Notes under the pieces: generated by a model
Seen by the model: the letters and a program-made list of their open reading frames with translations, nothing else
The model's database searches: none
Told to the model about the DNA's origin: nothing
Position numbers and translations under genes: made by a program
Shown: positions 1-8,566 of the stretch, piece after piece
How the letters are laid out: each line of letters begins with the position of its first letter
Numbering within the stretch: position 1 is the first letter of the stretch
NCBI GenBank assembly: GCA_963719065.1
Contig: CAVRAM010000002.1
Location: 176,882-240,881 of the forward strand
Source of the DNA: an uncultured Acidobacteriota bacterium
GTDB lineage: Bacteria; Acidobacteriota; Terriglobia; Acidiferrales; UBA7541
Direction: 5' to 3'
DNA length: 64,000 nt

Positions 1-1122
1 CCGAAGGAAGATGCGGCCTTCGGGATTTTTGCCGGCAGCCGCGCGTACCGAAGGAACTTCGACGCCGTGGTCCACCGAATTCCGTACGAGGTGAGTGAGC
101 GGATCTTTAATCGCTTCGATGATCGTCTTGTCGAGTTCGGTTTCGCGACCTTCCATTTCGATGCGTACTTGTTTGCCGCAAATGGTGGCGACGTCGCGCA
201 CCGTGCGTGGAAACTGTCCCCAGATATTGCCGATGGGCTGCATGCGGGTTTTCATCACGCCTTCCTGCAGCTCGGTGGTGATCAGGTTCAGGCGTTGCGA
301 GGTGGCCAGAAATCCCGGGTCTTCGTTGGTGTTGGTGAATTGCAGCACTTGATTGCGCGCGAGTACCAGTTCACCGACCAGGTTCATCAGCTTGTCGAGC
401 AGGCCGACGTCCACGCGAATCGTCCGGTCAGCGGCTGTGCCCGCAGCGCGAGACGATCGCTGCATCTGCAGAGCATCAACGATGTCGCCGGATTTGGCGG
501 CGCCATGTTCAACGAGAATTTCGCCCAGATGGCGTGGATCGCCTGCTGCTTGCTGTTCGACGGCGCGTTCGACTTGGCGAGGAGAGACGGCTCCCTGCTC
601 GATCAGGATGTTTCCGATGGGCGTGGGAGGCGGCGCGTCGGTGTCTGGTGCATTCGAGGTCTTTGCCGCCGTTGCCGAAATAATAGGAGTTGTGGGCCCG
701 GCGGATGAGTCGTGATGATTTCCGTTTCCTGCGGCGGATTCGTTGCGCGCCAGGCGCGTAAGAATGGCAATCAATTCCGCATCGTTGCGCTCGCCTTCGG
801 CGCCGTCATTTTCAATGTTGCCGAGGATTTCGCGGACCGTATCGACCAAATTCAGAAGCGCCGTGGTGATTTCGGTGTTTTGATGGACTTGGCCGTCGCG
901 CAATTTACTGAGCAGGTTTTCGCCGGCGTGAGCCACCGATTCGAGTTTGTTGAAGCCCAGAAAGCCACAAGTGCCCTTGATGGTGTGAATGGTGCGGAAC
1001 ACACTGGCTAGCGTTTCCGGGTTGCCCGCGTGACGCTCGAGATCGACCAGCTCGCGATCGAGCCGGTCGAGATTCTCGTAGCTCTCGATTAGGAATTCCT
1101 TAACGATTTCTGTATCGCTCAT
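1..1122 (-). CDS. cheA: Chemotaxis histidine kinase CheA, N-terminal ~374 aa (partial; C-terminus lies left of the window)
   Basis: Absent from the ORF track because it runs off the left edge. Reverse-strand translation from the ATG at 1122-1120 reads MSDTEIVKEFLIESYENLDRLDRELVDLE...VFRTIHTIKGTCGFLGF (Hpt/P1 phospho-His motif). Further on it reads DRTIRVDVGLLDKLMNLVGELVLARNQ (dimerisation region) and IEAIKDPLTHLVRNSVDHG (kinase N-box). I saw no stop down to position 1. Confidence 0.85.
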   Translation of the reverse strand, partial: MSDTEIVKEFLIESYENLDRLDRELVDLERHAGNPETLASVFRTIHTIKGTCGFLGFNKLESVAHAGENLLSKLRDGQVHQNTEITTALLNLVDTVREILGNIENDGAEGERNDAELIAILTRLARNESAAGNGNHHDSSAGPTTPIISATAAKTSNAPDTDAPPPTPIGNILIEQGAVSPRQVERAVEQQAAGDPRHLGEILVEHGAAKSGDIVDALQMQRSSRAAGTAADRTIRVDVGLLDKLMNLVGELVLARNQVLQFTNTNEDPGFLATSQRLNLITTELQEGVMKTRMQPIGNIWGQFPRTVRDVATICGKQVRIEMEGRETELDKTIIEAIKDPLTHLVRNSVDHGVEVPSVRAAAGKNPEGRIFLR

Positions 1123-1307
1123 TCGGGCAAATCCTGAATGTTCTCCCAATCGGCTGCGAATTTCGGGAGATTTCCCGGCTCGCATTGAAACAAGAACGCG
1201 CGGACACCTGGTCTGCTTGTGATTTATCGACAGTTCTGAGAAATGGATTATGGGTTGGTGTAGGGGTTTTGCGCGGCGATGGAACGTAGAGATACTGCCG
1301 GCAAATT

Positions 1308-2924
1308 CTAGTGAGCGGCGCCGCCACCGCCACTGGCCGACCCGAATTGGCGGATGAAAAAGACCAGCGGAATTCCGATCGCGGCGACGCATCCCAGCAG
1401 ACGGAAACAATCCATGAACCCGTAGAAGGTGGCCTGGGATTCGAGCACGTGCGCGAACTGTGCGCGCGCGTGAATGGCTGCGTCGGCGGGCGAAAAACCG
1501 TGGTGCAAGTAGTACGCGGAAACTTCGGCGAAGCTCCGGCGATACGCCGGATACACGGGGCTAGCGTGCGCGGCGAGAATCGATTGGTGGTACTGCGAGC
1601 GCCGCGAAAGCATGGTGGTGACAAACGCGATTCCGAAGCTTCCACCCTGATTGCGGAATAGATTGGTGAGGCTAGACGCTTTGTTGTTTTTGTTTTTCGG
1701 CAGGTAGGAATAAGCGAGCTGGCTGACGGGCACGAACAGAGGCGCGATTCCCAGTCCCTGCAGGGCGCGAGCCAGTGCGAAATGGCGATAGTCGGTGCCG
1801 AAATCGAACGAAGCGAAGTGCCACATCGCCAGCATCAGCACGAAATATCCGAAGCCGATCATTTTCTTGACACCCAGCTTCGGCAGGATTTTCACAACCA
1901 CTGGAGCGAGCACAACGATCACTAAAGCTCCGGGACCGAGGACCAGCCCAGCGTCGGTGGCTGTGTAACCGTAGAGAGTCTGCAGCAACTGCGGAATCAA
2001 AACCGTGGAACCGAACAACGTGAAGCCGAAAAGAAAGTAGCTGACGTTGGCGATAGCGAAATTGCGCTCGCCGAGGAGGCGAATTTCGACCACAGGGTCG
2101 GGATGGCGCAGCTCCCAGAAAACGGCGACGACCAGGGCGACGATGGCGATCGAAAAAAATATGACGATGAAGCGGCTACCGAACCAGTCGAGGCGTTCGC
2201 CACGATCGAGAACCACTTCCAGGCACGCAAACCCGGCAGCGATCAGCAGAATTCCCAGGCCATCGATTTTCAATTTGCCGGCGCGACGCGCGTCTTCGAC
2301 TTCGCGTTTGAATTCGGGAGGATCGGAAACCACGCGGCGCGTGAGCAGCAGCGAAACGATACCAATGGGAATGTTGATGAAAAAAACCCAGCGCCAGCTC
2401 CAATGATCGGTGATCCATCCGCCGAGCGGGGGTCCGACGACGGGAGCGGTGACGATGGCCATGCTGTAAAGAGCAAAAGCAGCAGCGCGTTTGTGCGCAG
2501 GAAAAGTGTCCACCAGAATCGCTTGCTCCACTGGTGCCAAGCCGCCGCCGCCAATTCCCTGCAGGACGCGAAAGAAAATCAAGAAGCCCAGGCTGGGTGC
2601 AAAACCGCAGAGCAGCGAGGTGATGGTAAACAGCGCAACGCAAATCATATAGTAGCGTTTGCGTCCGAAGACTCGGCTGAGCCATGCGGACAAAGGCAAA
2701 ACGACGGCGTTTGAAACGAGATAGCTGGTGAGAACCCAGGTGCTTTCGTCGTAGCTGACCGCGAGGCCTCCGGCGATGTGAGGCAAGGCAACGTTGGCGA
2801 TGGCGGTGTCGAGCAACTCCATAAAGGTTGCAAGGGTGACGGTGATGGCGATGAACCAGGGATTGATGAGGGGCCGCTCGATGACGGAAGGAACAGGGAG
2901 CAGAGGTTGGGCAATGGCAGCCAT
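1308..2924 (-). CDS. MFS transporter, DHA2 (EmrB/QacA-type) drug:H+ antiporter family
   Basis: 538-aa ORF that is hydrophobic throughout (about 14 TM segments). N-terminal LDTAIANVALPHIAGGL...SNAVVLPLSAWLSRVFGRKR and GIGGGGLAP motifs are typical of EmrB/QacA-type MFS pumps. It is divergent from a TetR gene. Confidence 0.85.
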   Translation of the reverse strand: MAAIAQPLLPVPSVIERPLINPWFIAITVTLATFMELLDTAIANVALPHIAGGLAVSYDESTWVLTSYLVSNAVVLPLSAWLSRVFGRKRYYMICVALFTITSLLCGFAPSLGFLIFFRVLQGIGGGGLAPVEQAILVDTFPAHKRAAAFALYSMAIVTAPVVGPPLGGWITDHWSWRWVFFINIPIGIVSLLLTRRVVSDPPEFKREVEDARRAGKLKIDGLGILLIAAGFACLEVVLDRGERLDWFGSRFIVIFFSIAIVALVVAVFWELRHPDPVVEIRLLGERNFAIANVSYFLFGFTLFGSTVLIPQLLQTLYGYTATDAGLVLGPGALVIVVLAPVVVKILPKLGVKKMIGFGYFVLMLAMWHFASFDFGTDYRHFALARALQGLGIAPLFVPVSQLAYSYLPKNKNNKASSLTNLFRNQGGSFGIAFVTTMLSRRSQYHQSILAAHASPVYPAYRRSFAEVSAYYLHHGFSPADAAIHARAQFAHVLESQATFYGFMDCFRLLGCVAAIGIPLVFFIRQFGSASGGGGAAH

Positions 2925-3051
2925 TAAGCGGACCTAGGCGATGGGATGCGATAAGAGACCGGTCGGTCGCAAATATGTTATAGTGGGTTTTGCAGGGCGA
3001 CAAGGCGGGAGCAAGGATCAGGCGCTAAGTTCAGCGGTCGGGAGCAGAACT

Positions 3052-3645
3052 ATGACGAAGGGCGAGGACACCAGGGAGCGAATCATCCAGTTGGCCGCTC
3101 CAATCTTCAACAAGCACGGATATGAAGGGACAGCGCTGTCCGATTTGATGGAGGCCACTGGCCTCGAAAAGGGCGGCATCTATCGCCACTTTGCCAGCAA
3201 AGAAGAGCTGGCCGCGGAAGCTTTCGACTACGCCTGGGCGACGGCCATGCGAGTCCGCGCCGAGGGAATCGAGGAAAGCGGAGACGCGGTCGATCGGTTG
3301 AAGAGGATGATCCAAAACTTCGTGGAGGTCCGGACGGGGCTGGTGCCGGGAGGCTGTCCTCTGCTGAACACAGCGATTGACGCCGACGACGGGAACCTTG
3401 TTCTGCGGGAGCGCGTGAAGAGGGCTCTCGAGAGCTGGATTTCCAGGCTCGAGGAGATCGTCCGAGTGGGGCTGAAGCGCCGGGAGATCCGGCGCGGCGC
3501 ACAGCCGAGGGAGATCGCGACGTTGATCGTTTCGAACCTCGAAGGAGCGCTGATGCTGAGCCGCGTGAGCAAGGACCGACATCCCCTCGAGTGGGTGGAA
3601 GAACATTTGAACGGATATCTCGAGGGGAGCGTCCGGGCTGGGTAG
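3052..3645 (+). CDS. TetR/AcrR family transcriptional regulator
   Basis: The ORF is 2941..3645. The internal ATG at 3052 is preceded by GGGAGCAGAACT. The N-terminal HTH RERIIQLAAPIFNKHGYEGTALSDLMEATGLEKGGIYRHFASKEEL is a classic TetR signature. Divergent from the MFS pump. Confidence 0.85.
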   Translation: MTKGEDTRERIIQLAAPIFNKHGYEGTALSDLMEATGLEKGGIYRHFASKEELAAEAFDYAWATAMRVRAEGIEESGDAVDRLKRMIQNFVEVRTGLVPGGCPLLNTAIDADDGNLVLRERVKRALESWISRLEEIVRVGLKRREIRRGAQPREIATLIVSNLEGALMLSRVSKDRHPLEWVEEHLNGYLEGSVRAG

Positions 3646-3660
3646 CAGAGGAAGCTCAAT

Positions 3661-3700
3661 TTCTAATCGACACTGAAGTTCAATAGTGTGTCGATTAGAA
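3661..3700. repeat. Perfect 13-bp inverted repeat (TTCTAATCGACAC / GTGTCGATTAGAA) with a ~14-nt loop, in a low-GC convergent spacer
   Basis: Read directly: ttctaatcgacac-tgaagttcaatagt-gtgtcgattagaa. It lies 16 nt after the TetR stop. A third TTCTAAT copy is at about 3738. There is no adjacent U-run, so terminator function is uncertain. Confidence 0.4.
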
Positions 3701-3991
3701 AATGTTCCGCCGTTTGTTTTCAGTGGTTTACGTTCGTTTCTAATACTGGCGGACTTGCATCCGTAAGCAATGTGAATGTGAAATTCAGAGACGTCTGTGA
3801 GGCGAGCGTTCTCAAGGCGAGCGGTGTAGGTTTCGGAAACTTCGAAGCCGAGACCGAAGGGTGAAGCTATTTCACGGTTGGCTGGGCGGGCAGGTAATGG
3901 GTCGCTCGCGCGACGTGTTGCGGGCCCGATTTTGGTCTTTTTAGCAGGCACGTACGATGTTAGCACACTAGTAACGTATTTTCAAGTAAAA

Positions 3992-5338
3992 TCAGGCGGT
4001 CGGAGGCAGGGAGCAGGCGGAACTCGATGCGGACGACGGTTGGCGGCGCGGAATGGTGGTTGGGCCGAGGCCGGAAGCATCGAGCAGGAGTTGGATCAGG
4101 TGGGAGACAAGCGGCAGGCGGATGGCCGCGGCGGAATATGCGTAGCCGAGATTGAGATGTTCGAGGGCGCGAGCGAAGGCGACGACACCCTCTTCGCGGG
4201 GCGTGCCGTCCATGGGGTCGTAGGTGATGCGCTCGAGGTCGCCGGTCGGGTTCTGCGGATCGAAGGGAAAGTCTTCAGCGGCAAGGATTTCGAGCGCGAT
4301 TGGGTGGTGAGCCTGAAACCAGCGGCGGACTTGAGAGCATGGTCCGCAGGCTTCGGCGACGTAGAGGCAGGCGCTCGGTCGATCGGCGGGATGCCAGGGC
4401 GTCAGACGGAAGCGCCAAGAGGGGACATGTTTCCGATAGTCGAGCCATGCGGCGCAGAAGCGAGATTCAAGGTCGGCACCTTCGTCCCATCGGGCGATGC
4501 CGAAGCTGTAGATGAAGGAAATCACTCCGGCGGCGAAGACGTAGGGATGGCGAAGCACAATTCCCCACGCGAGTAGAACGACGGTGCAGGAGAACTGCAT
4601 CGGGTTTGCGATGTAGCGGTAGAGACCGCTTGCGACCAGACGCTGGGGAGGGTCGTACGGAATCGGCGTGCCGAAACCGCGAAGAGCAAATTCCTGAACG
4701 GCGGAAAGTCCGGGGATGGCGAGCAGAAAAATCGCCTGCAGCTCGAGGCCTCGGAGCCAGGAAGGCTCGGCGAGAAGCGGCGCCCAAGCGTGGAGCGGAC
4801 GAAGAGCAAAGATCAATTCGGGAACCAGGAAGAGAAAAATTCCACCGGCGATCGCGGCCTGAAGTGCGGCACGAATTCTCACGTGTGTGCCGGAAAGAGT
4901 GAGGCGAGCAAGAACGATTGCAGGCGCTAGGACGAACGCCAGTGAGACGATTTCGCCAATGAGCCAGCGCGAACCTAGCAAGACGACCGGTGAGCAGGCA
5001 GGCATTGTAACGAGGTCGAAAGCAAAGAAGATCGCGACCACCGCGGGAATTTTCAGACGGCGAAACGCGAGCACCGGAACGATTCCCCACAGCACCGCCC
5101 ATCCGAGATAGAGATCCACCGGCATTCCACGAAACATGCCCGATTGCGCGCGGTATTCCCACCATCCGAAGTGCAAATTGAGAAGTTGTACGGCCAGGAG
5201 CGTAGGAAGAGTCCACAAAAACCCGAGAAGCGCGGCAGGAAACAGGCGCCCGTGAAGCGGACGAAGGTACACGAGGGCGATAGCGGCGACGGCCGGCGCG
5301 TACAGAGCAAGAAAGCGGACTGCGAAAGCGCGGTTCAT
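3992..5338 (-). CDS. Polytopic membrane protein: ICMT/PEMT-family methyltransferase-like core fused to a C-terminal thioredoxin-fold domain with a CGPC motif
   Basis: The ORF is 3992..5446. I prefer the ATG at 5338 (MNRAFAVRFLALY...), which overlaps the upstream gene's stop as ATGA. There are many TM helices. LVASGLYRYIANPMQFSCTVVLLAWGIV...WDEGADLESRFCAAWLDYRKHVPSW matches the isoprenylcysteine carboxyl / phospholipid methyltransferase family signature. The C-terminal LYVAEACGPCSQVRRWF...LEILAAED looks like a Trx/DCC-type CxxC fold. Confidence 0.6.
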   Translation of the reverse strand: MNRAFAVRFLALYAPAVAAIALVYLRPLHGRLFPAALLGFLWTLPTLLAVQLLNLHFGWWEYRAQSGMFRGMPVDLYLGWAVLWGIVPVLAFRRLKIPAVVAIFFAFDLVTMPACSPVVLLGSRWLIGEIVSLAFVLAPAIVLARLTLSGTHVRIRAALQAAIAGGIFLFLVPELIFALRPLHAWAPLLAEPSWLRGLELQAIFLLAIPGLSAVQEFALRGFGTPIPYDPPQRLVASGLYRYIANPMQFSCTVVLLAWGIVLRHPYVFAAGVISFIYSFGIARWDEGADLESRFCAAWLDYRKHVPSWRFRLTPWHPADRPSACLYVAEACGPCSQVRRWFQAHHPIALEILAAEDFPFDPQNPTGDLERITYDPMDGTPREEGVVAFARALEHLNLGYAYSAAAIRLPLVSHLIQLLLDASGLGPTTIPRRQPSSASSSACSLPPTA

Positions 5339-6300
5339 TTTATTGGGACGTCCCGAGATGCTGGTTGAGAGGGCGTGGCATTCGCGCGAATCAGATATTC
5401 GGCCGCGAGAGTGGTGGCATAGCGTTCCCAGGGACGAAAATACCAAGCGGGATCGAGGCGGCGGACGAAATGTATGGTCCAGATTACGCGGGTGTGCGAC
5501 TCATCGATGGGAGTGAAACATACTTCGGACGATTTCCAATCGAGCCAGTGCGCGATTTTCGATTTGTCGGAGACGGCTTCGAAGCGAACGTAGCCGGGCT
5601 GCGAGTGAGTGATGCGCAGGACGAGATCGCCCGGATGGCCTTCCCCACCGGCGAAATGGATGGTGCGCGTGTCGCCGATGGATAGCCCTTCACCGTACGC
5701 TTCGGTGGGACGCGGGAAACGGAGCCGCAAGTAGGCCGGAAGCGGCAGGTCGGTACGCGGGCTGCGGGAAAGTGCGGCGACAACATCTGATGCGGACGCG
5801 TTGACGATTTCGGTGGCACGGACGGTTTCGTTGCGATTGAAGGAAAGTTCGGGCGAGACACCCTCGAGACACATCGGCAAGAGAAGAAGGATGAGGCAGG
5901 AAAGCGGCGCGCGGGATTTCTTTTTCGATTGGTCGACGATGGCGCCGACGAACAGGCCAATGCCGTAAAAGATGGGCGAAGCCATGACAATGCAAATGAA
6001 GCCTTCGTTGAGCAGCGGGCCGGAAAGAAGCAGGGCGAAGGTGATTCCCTTGGCGATCGCACCTTGAACGGTTTTGGCGCGAGGCGAGAGTGCGAGAACG
6101 ACGGCGAGGAGCATCGGGAGCCCGATGAAAAGCAGCGCGGTCTGCTCCAGATGTTGGTTAACGATCAGTTTGTAGCAGATGCTGCCGGCGGTGACGGCGG
6201 CAATCAGGAGCAGCAAACTGATTTGGGAACGATCGAGTATGGGCTTGGGCGGCTCTTGATCCGGCGGGACGGATGCGTCGTGGTTGCTGATGTGGCTCAT
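5335..6300 (-). CDS. Membrane-anchored protein with C-terminal SRPBCC (START/polyketide-cyclase-like) lipid-binding domain (tentative)
   Basis: 321-aa ORF. The N-terminal half has about 4 TM helices. The C-terminal half (ETVRATEIVNASASDVVAALS...TRVIWTIHFVRRLDPAWYFRPWERY) has the strand/helix pattern of SRPBCC proteins. The CDS call is firm; the domain call comes from pattern memory only. Confidence 0.55.
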   Translation of the reverse strand: MSHISNHDASVPPDQEPPKPILDRSQISLLLLIAAVTAGSICYKLIVNQHLEQTALLFIGLPMLLAVVLALSPRAKTVQGAIAKGITFALLLSGPLLNEGFICIVMASPIFYGIGLFVGAIVDQSKKKSRAPLSCLILLLLPMCLEGVSPELSFNRNETVRATEIVNASASDVVAALSRSPRTDLPLPAYLRLRFPRPTEAYGEGLSIGDTRTIHFAGGEGHPGDLVLRITHSQPGYVRFEAVSDKSKIAHWLDWKSSEVCFTPIDESHTRVIWTIHFVRRLDPAWYFRPWERYATTLAAEYLIRANATPSQPASRDVPIK

Positions 6301-6347
6301 GATGGACTCCTTGGTGGCGCTTTACTGGGCGTTCTTGCGCGTGATTG

Positions 6348-7058
6348 CTACTCCGAGGCAAGCGACGGCGCATATTCGAATTGCGGGAGCAGGTCGGCTT
6401 CGGTCAACAAGTTCAAAATTTTGGTGCGAATCGGTTTGAGCAACGGATTTTTCGCGAGCGAAAGAAAACGCACGGTCAGGTCGATAGCGCCGTCGAGCAG
6501 ATTGCGCGTGCGCTGCTGATTTTTGGATTTGTCGTAGATGAAGAGAATGAGCGAGCCCATGTGCAGGGACCATAGCGCGACGGGAAGGAGTTGCTGCAAA
6601 TCGCGCGGCAGGCGTTCGTCACCGAGAGCGCGGGCGAAGACTTCAATGCTTTCTTTGCGAACTTGCGCAGTGGCCGGGCCGAGGCAGGAGAGCGGGTGAT
6701 CGGGTTCGCCGGAATAGCGAAAGACGACGCCGAGGAGCTTGCGATCTTTCTGAACGATATCGAGCTTAGAGAGCATGGCGAGGCGCATGCGGTCTTTGAG
6801 ATTTAATTTTTTTGCGGCGAGGGCAGCGGTGACCTGACGAAGATGCTCGGCCTGGACGGTCTCGTAGTAGGACTGAATGATGGCTTCCTTGCCGGGGAAA
6901 TAGTAGTACGCGGCGCCGAGAGCGACGCCTGCTTCGGAGGCAATGTCGCGCATGGTGGTGGCGTCGAAACCTTTGGTACGGAAGAGGTCGAGAGCGCTCT
7001 GGTAGATGGCGGATCTGGTGGCATCGCCTTTTTCGGTGGGCACGGGTGTTTTGAACAT
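6348..7058 (-). CDS. TetR/AcrR family transcriptional regulator (first gene of a 3-gene operon)
   Basis: The ORF is 6348..7100. I prefer the ATG at 7058 (MFKTPVPTEKGDATRSAIYQSALDLFRTKGFDATTMRDIASEAGVALGAAYYYF, a TetR HTH). The 14 codons upstream use rare tta/ttg codons and contain promoter-like hexamers. Confidence 0.85.
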   Translation of the reverse strand: MFKTPVPTEKGDATRSAIYQSALDLFRTKGFDATTMRDIASEAGVALGAAYYYFPGKEAIIQSYYETVQAEHLRQVTAALAAKKLNLKDRMRLAMLSKLDIVQKDRKLLGVVFRYSGEPDHPLSCLGPATAQVRKESIEVFARALGDERLPRDLQQLLPVALWSLHMGSLILFIYDKSKNQQRTRNLLDGAIDLTVRFLSLAKNPLLKPIRTKILNLLTEADLLPQFEYAPSLASE

Positions 7059-7064
7059 GTTCAA
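7051..7064. promoter_or_regulatory. Perfect 14-bp palindrome TTGAACATGTTCAA overlapping the TetR start codon (candidate TetR operator O1)
   Basis: Read directly from the sequence. It shares half-sites with the second palindrome 52 bp away. Confidence 0.5.
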
Positions 7065-7102
7065 TAATGTGCGGGGCGGCAGGCCGAATGTCAAGCACAT
7101 TT

Positions 7103-7116
7103 TTGAACACGTTCAA
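7103..7116. promoter_or_regulatory. Palindrome TTGAACACGTTCAA (candidate TetR operator O2), adjacent to a TTGACA -35 hexamer (7089-7094, minus strand)
   Basis: Read directly. The half-sites TTGAAC/GTTCAA are identical to O1 and only the central dinucleotide differs. Confidence 0.5.
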
Positions 7117-7158
7117 GAGTGACCGAGATTGGCGGTGCGGTGCGGCGCGGGCTGGAAG

Positions 7159-8400
7159 CTAGCCGAGCAGGGCGCGGGAGTGGCGGGCGATCTGGGCGTC
7201 TTCCTGAGTGACGAGCACGCGAACCGACACGAGACTATGCGGCGCGGAGATGGCCGAGGAAGGACGAGGGCGAGAATGCGCGGTAGTGGCTTCGGGCGCG
7301 TTGAGGGCAATGTTGGCGGCGGAATCGAATGCGACGCCGAGAAATGCGAGGCCCTGGCAGATTTTTGCGCGGATGGGCACGGCGTGTTCGCCGATGCCGC
7401 CGGTGAAAACGATCAGGTCGAGTCCGCCGAGAGCGGCGGCGTAAGCGGCGATGGTCTTGCGGATTTGCGCGCAGAAAATTTCGATGGCGAGCTGGGATTT
7501 TGAGTCGCCGGAAGCGGCGGCGGATTCGAGGTCGCGCATGTCCGACTTCCCTGCCGAGAGAGCGACGAGGCCGGAATCGTGATTGAGCATTTTTTCGAGG
7601 GCCTCGGCGTCGAGATTTTTCACGCGCATCAGATATAGAAGGATGCCGGGATCGAGATCGCCGCTGCGCGTGGCCATGGGAATTCCGCCGGTGGGAGTGA
7701 GACCCATGCTGGTATCGATCGAGCGGCCGTCTTTGATGGCGCAGAGGCTGGCGCCATTACCGAGGTGGGCGACGACGGTGCGCGGCGGCAAAGCTTTGTC
7801 CTTACCCATTTGGCGGACGATCGATTCGTACGACAGGCCATGAAAACCGTAGCGGCGGATGCCTTCCTGGTAGAGAGCCTGCGGCAGCGGGAAATGCGCG
7901 GCGGATTCGGGGATGGTGGTGTGAAACGCAGTGTCAAAGCAGGCGAATTGCGGAATGCCGGGAAACAGTTTTTCGGTGGACTCGATGAGGGCAAGCGCGG
8001 CGGGAATATGGAGCGGCGCGAAATGAACGCAGGCGCGAAGGTCGGCGATGACGGCGGGAGTGATGCGCTGGTGAGCGGTGAGGCGCGGACCTCCGTGAAC
8101 GACGCGGTGGCCGATGGCGATGGGTTTTGAGTTTGAAAATTCGGCGAGCCACTGGGCGGCTAGGGTGAGGGCCTGGTCGGGCGATTTGAAGTCGGCGTCT
8201 CGAGAGCGCAGAGTCGCGCCGGAAGCGTCTTTGAGTTCGATTTTGCCGGAGGCGCGGCCGATGCCCTCGGCTAGGCCGTCGAGAATGCGGATTTCGTCCA
8301 GGTCGTGCGCGTCGCCGGAATCGGTGGGAGCGGGAGCGTAGAGGCCGAATTTCAGCGAAGACGAGCCGGCGTTGATGGCGAGGATATTGTGGTCAGGCAC
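7159..8400 (-). CDS. ackA: Acetate kinase
   Basis: NILAINAGSSSLKF at the N-terminus plus HRVVHGG and the IVFTGGIGE motif. The ORF extends to 8442 (GTG), but the GTG at 8400 is preceded by AGGAG with a 5-nt spacer. Confidence 0.9.
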   Translation of the reverse strand: MPDHNILAINAGSSSLKFGLYAPAPTDSGDAHDLDEIRILDGLAEGIGRASGKIELKDASGATLRSRDADFKSPDQALTLAAQWLAEFSNSKPIAIGHRVVHGGPRLTAHQRITPAVIADLRACVHFAPLHIPAALALIESTEKLFPGIPQFACFDTAFHTTIPESAAHFPLPQALYQEGIRRYGFHGLSYESIVRQMGKDKALPPRTVVAHLGNGASLCAIKDGRSIDTSMGLTPTGGIPMATRSGDLDPGILLYLMRVKNLDAEALEKMLNHDSGLVALSAGKSDMRDLESAAASGDSKSQLAIEIFCAQIRKTIAAYAAALGGLDLIVFTGGIGEHAVPIRAKICQGLAFLGVAFDSAANIALNAPEATTAHSRPRPSSAISAPHSLVSVRVLVTQEDAQIARHSRALLG

Positions 8401-8566
8401 GGAGGCTCCTGGTTGGGCGCAGGGCAATTTGCGCGCAGGCACGCGCTGTAACCAAACGCATGCGCTGCATTCACAGAATAGTACGGTACGGAAATGAAAG
8501 GTGTGCGAAAGTTACGAAATCGATGGTGAAGCGGACGGGCGATTCGTTCGCGGGAGCGAGAAAGCC

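Noticed and set aside
1147-1174. Sigma-28 (FliA)-like promoter upstream of cheA: GAAA-N16-GCCGATTG on the minus strand.
   Set aside because: The -35 is GAAA rather than TAAA and the spacing is one nt off the consensus. The -10 lies only about 25 nt from the ATG, which would place the only SD-like GGGAGAA at the TSS or upstream of it. This is too weak to call without TSS data.
2957-2964. GACCGGTC palindrome in the MFS/TetR divergent intergenic region as a candidate operator.
   Set aside because: It is only 8 bp, sits in a GC-rich context and has no second copy. The flanking bases (AGA..GGTCGC) do not extend the symmetry.
3031-3966. 311-aa minus-strand ORF spanning the low-GC spacer and running antisense through the TetR gene.
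   Set aside because: Two-thirds of it is antisense to a clear TetR CDS. The spacer portion has no recognisable family and no RBS. At most it is a decayed remnant (see the finding on 3646-3991).
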